Notes under the pieces: model-generated
The model's input: the letters and a program-made list of their open reading frames with translations, nothing else
Told to the model about the DNA's origin: nothing
Databases searched by the model: none
Program-made: the position numbers and the translations under genes
Shown: piece by piece, positions 27,094 to 41,092 of the stretch
Numbering within the stretch: the stretch's first letter is position 1
Layout of the letters: the number at the start of each line of letters is the position of its first letter
NCBI GenBank assembly: GCA_013239625.1
Contig: MU053758.1
Span: 1,860,001-1,924,000, forward strand
DNA from: Lama guanicoe
Taxonomy: Eukaryota
Length of the DNA: 64,000 bases
Direction of reading: 5' to 3'

Positions 27094-28039
27094 AACCAAT
27101 ATTTTATAATAACTATAAATGGAGTATAATTTTTTAAAATTGTGAATCACTGTGTATACCTGTAACTTATGAAATATTGTACATAAACTGCACTTCAGTG
27201 GAAAATAAATAAGCTACAAGGATATATTGTACAGCACAGGGAATATAGCCAATATTCTGTAATAACTTTAAATGGAGTATAATCTATAAAAATATTGAAT
27301 CAATATGTTGTACACCTGAGACAATATAATATTGTAACTAACAACACTTTTAAAAAGTGCCTGTATTATTTGATCAAAACAATTTAAGAAATTGTGCCTC
27401 CATAATAATAGTAATGACTGCAAGAATAGTAACTCCACCTTCTATTCCCTCTTCCCACTTTTGTTCTGGGCAATTTACAAGCCCAATAGAAGGAATTTTA
27501 GCCACTTCTGGGGTGTGACTTTATAGTAGTGTTTTTTTGTTAGTTTGTTTTAAGCATACACATTTTTAAAAAATTATTTAAGTGCTGAGTTGACTATAAG
27601 AAATTTAGGAAGCACTGAAAGCAATGAAAAATAGAAAAATAATGTGGAATCCCACAGCCTCCCAAAAAAATTTAAGAGAAAAAAATACTCTTAGTCTATA
27701 AAAATCACTTTAAATTGAGAACCTCACTGCAAAAGAGAAGCTTCATCTTTTCAAATGATAAGAAAGTTGTTTTAATCACTAATTAAAAGAAAACATACAC
27801 ACAAAAGAAAACTCAAAAAAAATTTAAACTCTCAGGCCTTTAAATAGTGCCAAGAAAGGTTTTTATAGGTGTAAATTTTCTCTTTTCATCTTAATTCAGC
27901 ATTGTCTAGGTTACAACTTCGGTGTTCAACTACCTGAAACACCAACCAAAACAGATTTATTACAAAATCCATGCATTCAAGTTTCTATGTTTCTACTCTT
28001 AAAAGACAAGGTCATTTACTCATTTTATGTATTTATTTT

Positions 28040-28169
28040 TTAACATTTAAAATTTTTTTTGCAGGGGAGGTAATTTGATTATTTCTTTCTTTCATGGAGG
28101 TACTGGGGATTGAACCTAGGACCTTGCACATGCTAAGCATGTACTCTACCACTGAGATATACCCTCCCT
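28040..28169 (-). mobile_element. Vic-1-like SINE
   Basis: 'ggaggtactggggattgaacctagg...ctctaccactgagatataccctccc'. Confidence 0.9.
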
Positions 28170-28199
28170 GCCAACTTTATTTTTATACAATTTTTAAAG

Positions 28200-28632
28200 T
28201 TTGTTTTCCATTTACAGTTACTATACAATATTAGCTATATCCTGTGTTGTACAGTATATCCTTGATCCTGTCACCCAACAGTTTGTACCTCATAGTCCCC
28301 GACCTTATACTACCCCTCCCCTACCAGTAACCACTAGTTTGTTCTCTATATCTGAGTCTGCTTCTTCTGTTATATTTAGTTTCCTGTATTTTGCAGATTC
28401 CACATACAAGTGATATCATATAGTATTTATCTTTCTCTGTCTGATTTATTTCACTTAGCATAGTATCCTCCAAGTCCATTCATGTTGCTGCAAAATGGCA
28501 AAATTTCACTCTTTTCTATGGCTGAGTAGTATTTCATTGTGTGTGTATGTATATATATATATACATCTTCTTTATCCATTCGTCTGCTGATGGACACTGA
28601 GGTTATTTCCATGTCTCAGCAATTGTAAATAA
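28200..28632 (-). mobile_element. L1 3' end
   Basis: 'gattccacatacaagtgatatcatatagtatttatc...atggctgagtagtatttcattg'. Confidence 0.85.
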
Positions 28633-29114
28633 TCTGTATCATTCCCACTTTTAGTATACATGCTGTCGAAGCAAGCACTCTTAACTCATTTTAAATCCCA
28701 AAATTCAACAAAAATCCTGAGGGCAATAAGAAAGGCTGAAAAGTAACACAAATTCCAGTGATGGCAGATGGCAAAAGAGAAAAACAAAGCAGGATTCTGA
28801 AAAGCAGAGTCATGTGCTGACCAAGAACCTTAAAATATAATAAAAAATACACACACTCGTGAGCATCCGTCCCTCAGAGCTGCATGAATTACAGCATAGC
28901 TGAAGGACTGACCCAGTGTCACCAATAAAAGATTAAATTATGCATAAAAAACCCTCCCTTATCTGGGAAGGCAGGGAAATATGTAACACATTTTAGAAAG
29001 TTGCTGGTCAAAATTAAACCTTAAACTTAGGGAATCAGATAATTAAAAATTAAAAGGAAACTTAGGGTCTGCCTCCCTTCTAACAACACAGTGAATAAAA
29101 GAGGTTGCTGTAGA

Positions 29115-29285
29115 CTCTCAGTGCTGGCTGTGCATTGGAATCACTGGGGAGCTTTCAAAATACTGATGTCTGGGCCCAGCCCCAGAGATTATGATGTAAT
29201 AGGGCTCGGGTACAGTTGGATGATGGGATTCTGGCCTTTTTAAAAAAGTTTTCCAGATGATTCTAACGTGCAGCCAGTTTGGAGT
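29115..29285. mobile_element. MER5A-like hAT MITE
   Basis: 'ggctgtgcattggaatcactggggagctttcaaaatactgatgtctgggccc...gatgattctaacgtgcagcca'. Confidence 0.7.
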
Positions 29286-29839
29286 GTGGAGTTAAAGGAA
29301 GCATACAGAAGTTGCCAATCTCATCTAAACTTCTAAGAGCAATCAAGACTCCAAGGGACAGCCTTTCATAGGCACAGCCAACTCCCTTCAGGTCTCAAGA
29401 CTGCACACCCCTGTTCTGTCTGACCCATGCCACACCCAACTCAAACAACAGAGTTTATCTTCGGGTGTCTGCCCTCAGGGGAAGCATCGTGCTTCCCTTT
29501 CAACTGATGTCTCAAGAAAGCACTCTCTTAAGAAAAGCTTTTCTGTGGAAATCTCTGTGAGAACGTGTTTACAGATGTTGAGAGACAGTCACTTAGTCAA
29601 CTATTCATTAGTTCAATATAGTTCAAATAGTTCAATCTATTTACTTTGTCCTTTCAATGGGACTAGTATGGCGGAGGGGGAGTGAGGCGTGGCAGGGCAG
29701 ATGGTTAAAAGTTGACAAGATGAATAAAAGTGGGTTGGGCAAAAAGGTGATATAGATTAGATTATCCATTTGCCTGGGCTTAAGCCACTCCTGCACTCAG
29801 GCCTGCGAGTCTGAGGTGAACCTTCTGGGTTTGACTCAC

Positions 29840-29938
29840 CTAGTGTATCCAGGAGCATGCCGCCTTTGGTAGACCTCTTTTTTCGGTGATGGGCTCTTAG
29901 TTCGGCCTCTGTCTCTCCTGTTTACCTTAGAGTTGTGC
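29840..29938 (-). CDS. CWC25: CWC25 coding exon 8 (99 bp)
   Basis: HNSKVNRRDRGRTKSPSPKKEVYQRRHAPGYT; CAG/GTGAGT. Confidence 0.93.
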
Positions 29939-30318
29939 CTGTAACAGACAGAGGGAAGAGAGGAGAGAAGCTTTTTCAATACAGGGGCTTTTATGATGTC
30001 CCTCAAACAATGGAGGAAAAGCTAACAGTTGCAGAATTCTAATTCAAATTGAAGAAAACAGAGGGCAGGAGTGGAAGAAAAACAAAGGCATAAGGATACA
30101 TAAGACTGGATATTAATCTCACTTCAGAGATTTCATATTTATAAATATGCAGTCCTAGGGGCCTGAGCTTCACATTAAAAATAAATTAAAAAATAAAGAC
30201 AATAACAAAGCAAAGACATCTGGAGAAGCTGATGAATAGGTTATTGCCAAAAGCAAATACCAGCTGTAAGCAGGTCCCCACGTCCATAGGTTATTTCCCA
30301 GTGAATTCCCACACTCAC

Positions 30319-30518
30319 AGCTTGCTTGGCCTTGGGGACCGTGACCTTCTGCCTGGGGATCGAGACCTCCTGTCCCGGCACACTGCATCTCTGGTGCGCT
30401 TCTTGCTGGCATGTCTGGGAGGTGAATGAGAGGAGCTTCTGGACCTCGAATAATTCTTCAACCCATGCACTCCCTTCTGCTCGGCCTGCAGTCCCTGGTT
30501 ATGGTCAGAGTTCCTGAG
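30319..30518 (-). CDS. CWC25: CWC25 coding exon 7 (200 bp, RS-rich)
   Basis: LRNSDHNQGLQAEQKGVHGLKNYSRSRSSSHSPPRHASKKRTRDAVCRDRRSRSPGRRSRSPRPSK; TTTAG/GTGAGT; frame joins exons 6 and 8. Confidence 0.9.
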
Positions 30519-31117
30519 CTAAATCGTCAAGGAAAGGAAGAAAAGCTCAGGAGAAAATGCAGTGAAACAAGAAAATGAATGAGCACTAAGTTGGCTCTGT
30601 ATGGAGCCACCTGGGTATACCAATCCCATCCCAGAGTTATCACCAAGAGCTGTAGAAATTTAGGAAAGTTATCTTCAGAATGTCCTGAAGTATCACCCAA
30701 CTACCTAAACTGGACTGGCTCTTCACTGCAGCCTAAGGAAGAGCAGGAGGTAAAAAACGGAGGACAGTATATACACACTGAGGGGAAAAAGGGAATTCAG
30801 AGGGATGTATATTTGTTAGTCATCAACCTGTATGCTTAAAATATGCAATTCCATGTAAATTATCTACAGAGAGATGGGTGGAATGCCTAAATGCCCACTG
30901 GTGGCTGAGCCTCTCTGCTCAGAGGGCCACCACCCAGTCAGACTCTCAGGGATAAGGAATGGGCCAGTTCCCAGCAACCCCAGCCTATGCTGCCCAAACT
31001 CCCTTCTTTCTGCATGTTTGACTGGCTGCTAAAAAATGCTCTATGTCTAAAAAGTCTGCCAGGTTGACACATTCTACAGTCCCATATCCACTCCCTTTGA
31101 GAAGCCCACATCCTTAC

Positions 31118-31181
31118 CTGTAAGCCATATCCAGGGACTCTGGACGAAACAGGGGAAGAATTTGCCATCTTCTTTTGAGAC
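31118..31181 (-). CDS. CWC25: CWC25 coding exon 6 (64 bp)
   Basis: SQKKMANSSPVSSRVPGYGLQ; TTAG/GTAAGG. Confidence 0.92.
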
Positions 31182-31803
31182 CTAAGAAATTAAAACACAG
31201 TCATTGAAAAAGAAAATGCACAGAGGTCCAGTTTAAATCTCTTGTGCTGAAACATGCTTCCTGCTCTCACTTGGGAGTGTGTTTCTCCATCTTTGCTACA
31301 AGATGCATCAGCACAGTCATGTTTTTCTTGTGAAAAGCCGTGGGCCTAGCTTTCCAACCCCAACACCCCAAACACATTCTCCTCTCACCTTGTGCTGCTA
31401 TTCTAGGGACGAATAGTGAGTCAGCAGCGACAGTGCTGACTGCTCCCACAGGGAAGACACACAGCACGGGCCCACATGGGCCCGTTAATGCATTTCAAAA
31501 AAAGCCTACATAAAATCCACTTCAGTCTTGGAGGGATCACAAGCTGAGACGGAAGTCACACCCAGGACATCTGACCTAAGACTGCCACGGCTACAGTCAG
31601 CTTCGTCACGGAGTCGTGCCAACATCTCCAGGAACTCTAGTGCTAGATGGCAAGCTCTGTGGGCAGGGCCCGGTGTACGAGCGTTCTCCACTGAAACCCC
31701 AGTACCTGGCAGTTGCCAGCGTGGAGCAGACGTTCAGTTAATATCTGTGGAATGAATGAGTGAGTGAATCCACGATGAAGGAGAGCCACCTCCACTCACT
31801 CAC

Positions 31804-31931
31804 CTCCCCCGGCTGCGCTCGTCCTCGCTGCTGCAACGATCGCTACTTGAGCTTCTGTGCTTGTGTTTCTTGTGCTTCTTTTTCTTCTCCTTCTTTTTCT
31901 TCTTCTCTTTTTTTTCCAGACTCATTTGCAA
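31804..31931 (-). CDS. CWC25: CWC25 coding exon 5 (128 bp, Lys-rich)
   Basis: LQMSLEKKEKKKKKEKKKHKKHKHRSSSSDRCSSEDERSRG; CTAG/GTGAGT. Confidence 0.94.
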
Positions 31932-32640
31932 CTAGAAAATACCCAGAACATAAGCACGCAAGATTACTGAGATGCCTGTCAGTGCCTCTGAGGGGACTGG
32001 GTCATGTGCAAACCACCTGACTCCGTGCCTCTGGGTCTACGGGGATGCAGGGCATTATCAGACTTCCCATGTGGACAAGAGTGAAGGGTCTTAACCCTCG
32101 TTGTGCTCAAATGCCCCCGAGACTGCTGACTGGAAACTCTGGGGTGGGGGTTTGCAATTTGTGTTTTGAAACAGTCCCCAGACCATGGCCTAGGAATTTC
32201 CATTCTGTCAAATGAACTCCAACTCCACTGAGAGTAATCAGGGACTGCAAGATCATCTTTAAATTTTCCTTACCAACTGATCCAAGAAACAATCACATAA
32301 TATATTATGTGAATGATGAATGGGCCCTGAGGCTTGCTAGCACCTGATCTCCTGAATGTACTATCTGATCATGATTTTCCACATCATATCCCAATACTCC
32401 CTTTTTTTCTGGAAAAATGACATCACATGGTGCTTTTCCAACCAAAAGACATAAAAGAGAAAATCAAGCTTAATTAAGCTTGGTATTAAGATGGCATAAA
32501 ATCATCAGGAGAAGGTCTCTAAAAGACAAAAATATTTAAAGCCATCCTGTCTTCCCTCTCCTAAGAGCAAATGGAGAGAAGTTCTCAGGTTAAGCAGCTA
32601 AAAGATACTCCTGATGCTTAGATGATGATGCACTACTTAC

Positions 32641-32710
32641 CAATTCTTTGATTTTCTTCATTTTCACAGGATTATTCAATACCTCTCTTTTTTTCTCCTC
32701 CTCTTTCTTC
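32641..32710 (-). CDS. CWC25: CWC25 coding exon 4 (70 bp)
   Basis: KKEEEKKREVLNNPVKMKKIKEL; TTTAG/GTAAGT. Confidence 0.95.
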
Positions 32711-33464
32711 CTAAAGAAAGAGAAGAAATTACAAAAATCATGATTTTTTCTTTTGGAAAGGGGATTAAATCTTCATACTACTCTCCACAATTCTATGCAG
32801 CAATCTTTTTTCCAGATGCATGCAGACAGGCCCTATGCTGAAATCTGTACGACGGTGTGGAAGCCAAAAATCTTCCCCAAATCTGCACAAGGAATTGAAT
32901 ATTGTGGGGAGAGTTGTTCCCTGCTGTGCAAGAAAGTGAATTTGGTCTGTTTTTGTTAGGCTTCATGCTCAGGGCTTCCCAAGTGGTCAAGTACATGTAT
33001 GTCATCCTGTGTATCGTGGATGCAACACGTCAATACTACCGCCACTGTTTAGCATGAAACCCACCCCCAAACAGGAAATAAAAAGAATGGATTCCTCTTT
33101 TAAGAAGTCCTCTCTCATATATTGTTAACAGGAGGATAAACCAGTCAGCCTTTCTGGAGGACAATTTGGCAACACTTATCACAGCCTGCACATACTCACA
33201 AACTCTTTAATCTTATAAATGCTTCCTCAAGAATTTGTTATTGTAAGGATATAATCAAGGAAGGTCACTAAAAAGTTGTTCATATTATAACAATGAAAAC
33301 TTGGAAACAAGTTAGGGACCCAATAAGAGAGTATTAATAAAATAAATTATGGTATATCTATAATACAGATATTAAATAAGATGTTATAGAAGCATAGTCA
33401 GCAATACAGAAAGATGTCCTACATACATGATTAGGTGAAAAAACAGAGTTTATAAAATAATATG

Positions 33465-34285
33465 CAAAATATCTGTACACCAATGTTCACAGCAACACTT
33501 TCCACAACAGCCAAAAGGTGGAAATAACTCAAATGTGCGTAACAGATGAACAGATTAAAAAATGTGGTATAAACATGCAATGGAATATTATGCAGCCTTA
33601 AAAAGGAAGGAAATTCTGATACATGCTCTAACACAGATGAACCTTAAAGACATTATGCTATGTGAAATTAGCCAGTCACAAAAAAAACAAATATTGAATG
33701 ATTTCACTTTTATAAGGTTCAGAATAGACCAACTTCTAGAAATAAAGTACAATAGTAGTTCCCAGGGGCTGGGGTTGGGTGGTAGAGGGAAATGAAGAGT
33801 TTGTTGTTTAACGGGTATAGATTTTCAGTTTTGCAAGATGAAAGACTTCTGGAGGTTGACTGCATAACAATTTGGATACCCTTACTAGTGAACTGAACAC
33901 TTAAAATGGTTAAAATGGTAAATCTTCTGCGTATTTTACCACAATTTTTAAAAAGGAAATTCCGACACATATTACAACAGGGATGAACCTTGAAGACTTT
34001 ATGCTAGTGAAACAGGCTCGTCATAAGAGGACAAACAGCATATGATTCCACTTCTATGGGGTGACTAGAGTAGTTACATTCATAGAGACAGAAAGAATGG
34101 TGTTGGCCATGGGGAGAGGAGGGAATAGGGACTTAGTGTTTAATGAGTATGAAGTTTCAGCTGCAAAGATGAAAAAGTCCTGGAGGTGTGTGGTGGTGAT
34201 GGTTGCACAATGTGAATGTACTTACTGCCACTAAACTGTACACTTATAGTTAAGATGGTAAATCTTATGTTATGTATGCCACGAC
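33465..34285 (+). mobile_element. Two tandem old L1 (L1MB-like) 3' ends
   Basis: 'gatgaaccttaaagacattatgcta...ttgcaagatgaaagacttctggag' repeated as 'gatgaaccttgaagactttatgcta...gcaaagatgaaaaagtcctggag'. Confidence 0.8.
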
Positions 34286-35038
34286 ATTAATGTTACCACC
34301 ATTAATTAATTAATTAAGAAGCTAACAAAATGGGACAAAATATTTACATATACATATACAACATCTTTATGTATATATACACACATCTTTAATATATAAA
34401 TAACTTTCAAGAAATTTTCAAAACAAATGTAAATCACATTTTTCAATGTTCAACCTTACACATCTGAAATAAAATAATGCAAATTAAATGAAAAAACAAA
34501 CAAACAAACCACAGAGCATGATTTCAATTAGCACCCAAAATGCAGCTCTACTTTGATCTGTTACATATTACGGTTTCAAGTAAGATTCTACAGTTTCTCT
34601 TTAAAGGGTTCTGCTGAAGGAAAAAAAAAAGCAGGGAATACAATAATAAAAATATCTGTTCGCATTTAACTTACAAATTAAAAAAAAAAAAGGAAGGGAG
34701 GCCTGTTCACCCACCTAGCCAATCTCCACATATTCCCAAATTTCCAAGAAGCTGCCAGCCTCTCTCATCTTGCTTCCACCTCTTGTTTTTGTTTAAGAGC
34801 CAAAGGTAAATGAATAAATCTCGTCTGGTCTGGTCCATTTACCGATCTTTTCCCATATGTCCGAGATCAGGCACCATTAATGGAGCCTCCTTCCCAACGT
34901 CAGAAGGCCACATGGAGACAAATCCTTTTACGTGGCAGACAAAAGCCAACAGGAAACCAACTGTGAAGCGAGAGGCTAGATAACGTCTCTGCTAAGCATC
35001 TCTGTAATAAAACCCCCTTCCCAGCCCCTCAGCAGTAC

Positions 35039-35275
35039 CTGATGATGAAGAGTGGATCCTCCCGGATTTTGCTGGCCATGTCTAGAAGGGAATTGGCACC
35101 CGACGGGGCAAAGATAGAGCCCGGGAGCAGTCCTGTCTCAGAAGAACAGCCTGCCTCCTTCTCCTCCAACTTCTCAAAAACGTATTTGTCAATGGGGCGC
35201 CCCAGCAAGTACTCATCACGGTTCACCATCCCACCGGGACCCTGGTACATCCAGTCCAATTTTTCTTCCTTTTTT
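35039..35275 (-). CDS. CWC25: CWC25 coding exon 3 (237 bp)
   Basis: KKEEKLDWMYQGPGGMVNRDEYLLGRPIDKYVFEKLEEKEAGCSSETGLLPGSIFAPSGANSLLDMASKIREDPLFII; CTAG/GTACTG. Confidence 0.97.
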
Positions 35276-37690
35276 CTAGTTTCAGAAAAGAAAAGAAAAA
35301 AAAACAGTCAAAGAAAATGCTGACTCCTGCTAACCTACACACAAAACCTGAACAAGAGGGATGAAAAACCACATTCTACAGGCACCTTAGCAAAGGCTGA
35401 CCACCACATTCCCTGCAGCACTTGGGAAGTGGTGCCTGCTGTCACAGAACTTACACTTTAATGGAGAGACCGTTTCCACAAACTTAACACAATTTATGAG
35501 GGGGAAAAAAGGCCCTTCAATCTAGGGTATGGATCTTTGCTCCCGGCTTCTTGAGTCTCCCTTACAAAGCCTTCACGTCATGCTTTCACTTTTAGGATAA
35601 TCTGAAACAGCTAATATGCGTATCCTAGATCATGTCATCACCAACAGCAGTCTCAGAGACCACACATGCAGTTGTGTTTACTGCAGGTTTTGGTGCTTGT
35701 CACACTGGCACCAGCGGTAAGGCTACATTTGACGGGATAATGAGAAAAGACCAGAGATCACTTAACAAGTTACGCCTTCAAGCCAAAAGAGGGAGGCCAA
35801 ATTATGTCACAGTATCACGACAAATAGCTCCCTGTGGTTCCGAGAGAAAAAAAGTGGTGAGAAAATTGAGCCTCACGCAACAGAGAGTAAAGGTGTGCTG
35901 AATTCATCAGAGCACGTGTTGGAGCAGCCAATACCACACTCACATCGCAAGTAGTTTCATCAAAGCAGTGTCATCTATTACACTAGACTCAATGATTTTT
36001 TAATATGACTTTATTTGGTACATTTATTTTGTTTCAGATTATATAACAACCATGAGCAAAAATAGCTTTCTAGTTATGTCTTTGAACATTTTAAATAACA
36101 AACCAATAATACAGGGTCATAACCCTTTAGGTTTTTTTTTTTTCCTATTAAAAGGATTAGTTTGAGAAACACTATAGTCTATAATTAAGAACTGATTGTG
36201 GGTCACTGGGGTCAGACTCCACCCAGCTTGCCCAACCTCACTCTGGAATTGAGACGGAGGAGTATGAGCGAGAGTTTTGCCCCGGAGAACTGTGGAAGAC
36301 TGTGGTGGGGCCTTTATGATGGGTACCATAGATAGTGGTGACTTTCAGGCAATTAAAGGTTTTCACCATTCTCCAGTGGGAGTAAACCAGAAACTACAAG
36401 GGAGTTTGACAGCTATTAAAACCAGGCCTCCACAGTTGGAAGGTGGCTTTACAGTTTAGGGAGGTCTGTCTTCCATGACTGACTGCAGTATGGCTCATGT
36501 TAGAGGGAAAGAACATCTCTGGAACTCTGTCACAGGTGCTGCCTTTACAGGAGCCATGCCAGCAGCACTGGTATCCTCATCTGCAAAACGGGGATAAAAC
36601 AGTACCTACCTCACAGGGTTGTTGGAAATTTAAAAAGTCAACGAATTTTAAGGTGTTCAGAAGAGTACATGGCACTAAGTCAGTACTAAATAAACACTGG
36701 CTAGTCTTTCATCATCTGCGTATGTGTTTTGTCTCACCCACGGGCTTTCTCACATGCCTAGATGCTGGGATTACAGTTTACTCACCCGTGAATCCAAATA
36801 GCTGTGTAATGTGTTCAACATTTAACATTTCATGGGCAATGGGTCTGGAGCTGGGCAGTACTTTCTGAAGGAAAGTCAGTGTTTGGGTACGGGGGATTCT
36901 AAAAAGACATGTCAAAGATGACTCGCGGGATCATGCTGACACTAACCCGGATCAGGGAGCTGGGCATAAATATTCACTTATTCATCTGTAAACACTGACT
37001 CAGCGTACCTCCTATGTGCCAGGCAGATGAGTAAGGTCAGAAGGATGAAAAAGACTCAGGGAGCCGAGCTGCACACAAGTTATCAGATGAGGCACAGAGG
37101 TCAACAAATTACCAAACAGTGCCGATGAGAGCTGAAGTATATGCTGAGGTGACTTTGGGACACTCACTGAAGGCAGAACTGCCTGAATATACAGAGACAT
37201 AGTTTGGGTGGGATAAACGTGGGCATCATCCCCATGAAGTAGACACTGCTACTAGAGGAATGAAGGTGCTCTTAGAGAATAAAGGGAGAAGAGCAGAAAG
37301 TCTTGGGAGCATGAGCAGTTATGAGACAAGAGAAAAGAATGAAGTTAAGTGAAAAAAAGAGAAGGGATGACAGGAAGTGGCAGGAGAGCCAGGAACCTGT
37401 AGGCAAAGGAGCAAAACGTTTCTGGGGAAAGGCGACTGAGTCAAACACAGAAGAAACGACATGAAAAATGAAGACAGGTACTTCTATAAACTAGTATTTT
37501 CATGGCTCCAGCTAGTTTTAAAAGGACTCAACTAACATCAGTACTACTCAGGCCCCTGAGTAAAAGAACATGTTATATAGCTGAGATCCAGCGCCACAGG
37601 ACTTGGCGTGGTTCCACCACTAAGCAGCTGGGTAACCGTGCAAGTGACTTCTGTGCATGTCCATGTCCTCATGTCTAAAATGGAGCTGGT

Positions 37691-37845
37691 GGGGGAGGGT
37701 GTAGCTCATGTGGTAGAGCGCTCGCTTAGCAAGCATGAGGTCCTGGGTTCAATCCCCAGAAACTCCTCTAAAAAAAGTAAATAAACCTAATTACCTCCCC
37801 CTGTCAAATAAATAAATAAATAATAAATAAAAAGTAAAAAGTAAA
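37691..37845 (+). mobile_element. Vic-1-like SINE
   Basis: Full head and tail; 15-bp TSD taaaatggagctggt at 37676-37690 and 37846-37860. Confidence 0.92.
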
Positions 37846-38121
37846 TAAAATGGAGCTGGTAACCACGACCTCTCACTGTTTTTCAACAAAACCATCTCTC
37901 TGAGTTTTTCAGTGAGAAAAGATTTGGGGTAAAAGTCATATAAAAACGCAATGATCTATAGATTTTTGCTGTTGCCATTATTAAGGATACAGAACATATT
38001 CTCAATCAAGGCTGCCTGTGAAGCTCAACCAGGGAGCTCTTAAAATATATAGATGCCCTAGCCCCACACACCCTCTGCTATTCTTAGGGAGTCTGCTTAG
38101 GTGGGTGTGAATCACTCCCAT

Positions 38122-38254
38122 CTTTTATTTTTTTTTTTGGTGGGGGGGTAGGTAAGTAGGTTTGTTTGTTTATTTAGTGGAGCTACTGGGGCTTGAACCC
38201 AGGACCTCATGCATGCTAAGCACACATCCTATCACTGAACTATACCCTCCCCCC
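38122..38254 (-). mobile_element. Vic-1-like SINE
   Basis: Reverse-complement head 'ttgaacccaggacctcatgcatgctaag...tataccctccccc'. Confidence 0.88.
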
Positions 38255-39019
38255 TCACTCTGATCTTTATTTATTTAATCTTCCAAGGACACTCTAAAGT
38301 ACAAGAGTTGAAAAATGCTGCAATAGACCATTGCTTAGAAAACACAACTTTCTAATATTATCAGTAAATACTAAAGCAATACTCCATTGCAAACAGGGAT
38401 TTGAAGATCAAGATAATGTGCCTATTAAGGTTTTTCTTTGTTTCAAGAGAGATGCATTACAAACACAGAAAAGATGATCTGAGCCATAGAAGTGAACTGT
38501 TAAATAGTAAAGAGTTTTTATTGGAAAATGAAAAGCACAACACTGTGCAAAGAACTACACAAACCAGTCAGTTGGGCAAGCTGATCGTCCAAGTATACCT
38601 GCAAGTAAAGACTGAAAACAGGGACCAACATGCTAACCTTTGTGTTTCATAATGTTGGAGGATATGCGAGGGGGCAAAAAAATTAAAAAAATATAAAATC
38701 ACCTTCCTCCCATTGACAACCAGACAAGAGGGCAGGAAGGTCAGCAACAGGATAAACAATGACTCCCAACTCTGAAGTTGTTCACCTATACTCTGATCTC
38801 ATTAATTAGACTCAGCATAGCCCAAATTTCTGACACATCAGGCACGTAATATGTAATGTGTGGCTGAATAAAAATTTCAAAATAAATTTTCACTTTTGGT
38901 TAGTGGGAAAGTAAACTCTTATGACTAATGGGTATTCAGTCTAAAATTGGCATCTGTTTTAAAAATCAAGGGTTCACAAAATTTTAAACTTCACATATAA
39001 AACCATCTTATAACCTAAA

Positions 39020-39930
39020 CAAGCAATTCTCCAATGAAGACATACAAATGGCCAACAGGCACATGAAAAAATGCTGAATATCACTAATTATCAGACAAAT
39101 GCAAATCAAAACTACAATGAGGTATCAACTCAGTCAGAATGGCCATCATTAAAAGTTCACAAATAATAAATGCTGGAGAGGGTGTGGAGAAAAGGGAACC
39201 CTCCTACATTGCTGGTGGGAATGTAGTTTGCTGCAGCCATTAAGGAAAAAAGTATGGAGATTCCTCAAAAAACTAAAAATAGATTTACCATATGATCTAG
39301 CAATCCCACTCCTGGGCATATATCCAGAGGGAACTCTAATTCAAAAAGTTACATGCACCTCAATGTTCACAGCAGCACTATTTACAACAGCCAAGACATG
39401 GAAGCAACCTAAGTGTCCATCGACAGATGACTGGATAAAAGAGTTGCAGTATATTTATATAATGGAATACTATTCTGCCATGTAAAAGAATGAAATAATG
39501 CCATTTGCAGCAAGAAGGATGGACCTGGAGAATGTCATTCTAAGTGAAGTAAGCCAGAAAGAGAAAGAAAAATACCATATGATATCACTTATATGTAGAA
39601 TCTAAAAAAAGAAAAAAGAAGACACTAATGAACTTATCTACAAAACAGAAACAGACTCACAGACATAGTAAACAAACATAGTTCCTGGGGGGACAGGGTT
39701 GGGAAGGGATAAACTGGGAGTTCGAGATTTGCAAATATTAAGTACTTTATATAAAATAGATAAATAATAAGTTTCTGCTGTACAGCACAGGGAACTATAT
39801 TCAATATCTTGTAGTAACCTAATGAAAAAGAATATGAAAACAAATATATGTATGTATATGTATGACTGGAACATTATGCTGTATACCAGAAATTGACACA
39901 TTGTAAACTGACTATACTTCAATTTAAAAA
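39020..39930 (+). mobile_element. Relatively young L1 3' portion (ORF2 C-terminus + 3'UTR)
   Basis: ORF 39228-39485 [25 protein letters not shown]...CTSMFTAALFTTAKTWKQPKCPSTDDWIK is the L1 ORF2p C-terminus. Confidence 0.92.
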
Positions 39931-41092
39931 GTCTTACAAGCTGCCCAAGAATTAATTCAAGTGTGTGAAATTTATTTGCTTTAAATTATAAAGAATATAA
40001 CTTACACAAAGTACATAAAGTAAACTAATGTGTATCCACGGTTAAAAAAACTTACAAAATCCCATTCTCTTTACCTCATTTTGTATATTAATGCCCTAAA
40101 TATAGTATACTTAAAAATTCTAAAACTCAGTTTATTTTAAAACATTCCAGATTTCATACTTAAGTCAGAAAGACCTTCTTCCCAATCCATTATCCTGAAA
40201 GAACATGACTGTTATCCTAAATTCTAAAATGCCTTTTCCATGAATTGAAACTAAGCCTCTCTCTCTCTGACACACACACACACACACCCTGAATGTCCCA
40301 AATCTCCTGTCATGAAATTAAGAAAAAGCCCTCTATATCCAGTGGGGTAAGTGTGGCACATGCCACCCTGGAGACTTGCCCACAGGATATGAACAAGGGA
40401 TAGTACAGACTACACATTTTAGTCTGTCTAGTTTTATTCAATTCTGATTTAGGAAAGTGTTCTATATTTTATGCCTTTCATTTTTCTCAGAAAACATTTA
40501 CTTCCACCCCCTTTCATGAAATGGGCAGGGTAATTATCAATCGCAACTCCTATTTATACAGGAGGAAACTGAAGTCAGGTAAAAGTGAACAGAACTGTCC
40601 ACAGTCACAGTTACACAGCTTTTACTGACACACACACTCTCCACTTCCTTCCATGAGACGTCCCTGCCCCCTAAAATGAGTCTGCAATATATAAATAAAC
40701 AAAAGCAGGACTACAGCCTCAACACACATGGAGAGGCAGGGTAGAGGCACTCATCTTCAGTCAGAGTCACGTCAATCATCTACCACTAACCTGGCCTACA
40801 CTACGTCATTTATACGTTACCTCATTTGATCCTCAACAAACCTTAGATGCTGGGTACTCTCCCTCCCCGGGTTCTACTGAGGTAACCAAGGCTCCGAAAC
40901 TTGCTCCCAGTTACATGGCTAGGCTAGTCCTTGCAAAGCCAGCCTTAGAACCCAGGTCAGCCTGTCTCCAACACCCACGCTCTTAACCAAGCTGTTATGT
41001 AACAATTGGACAATACACCTGCAGGCCCATCCTGCAATTCCCCACACACCACGGCACCCCCAGCCCAAACCACCCCACATATCCCCGCTTAC

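Larger units (their letters stand above)
25595..27350 (+). mobile_element. L1 3' portion (ORF2 C-terminus + 3'UTR) with a tandem second 3' end, interrupted by two SINEs
   Basis: 'acaccatacacaaaaataaactcaaaatg', 'gatgtggagaaaagggaaccct', 'acagcacagggaatatagccaatatt' segment present twice. Confidence 0.9.
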
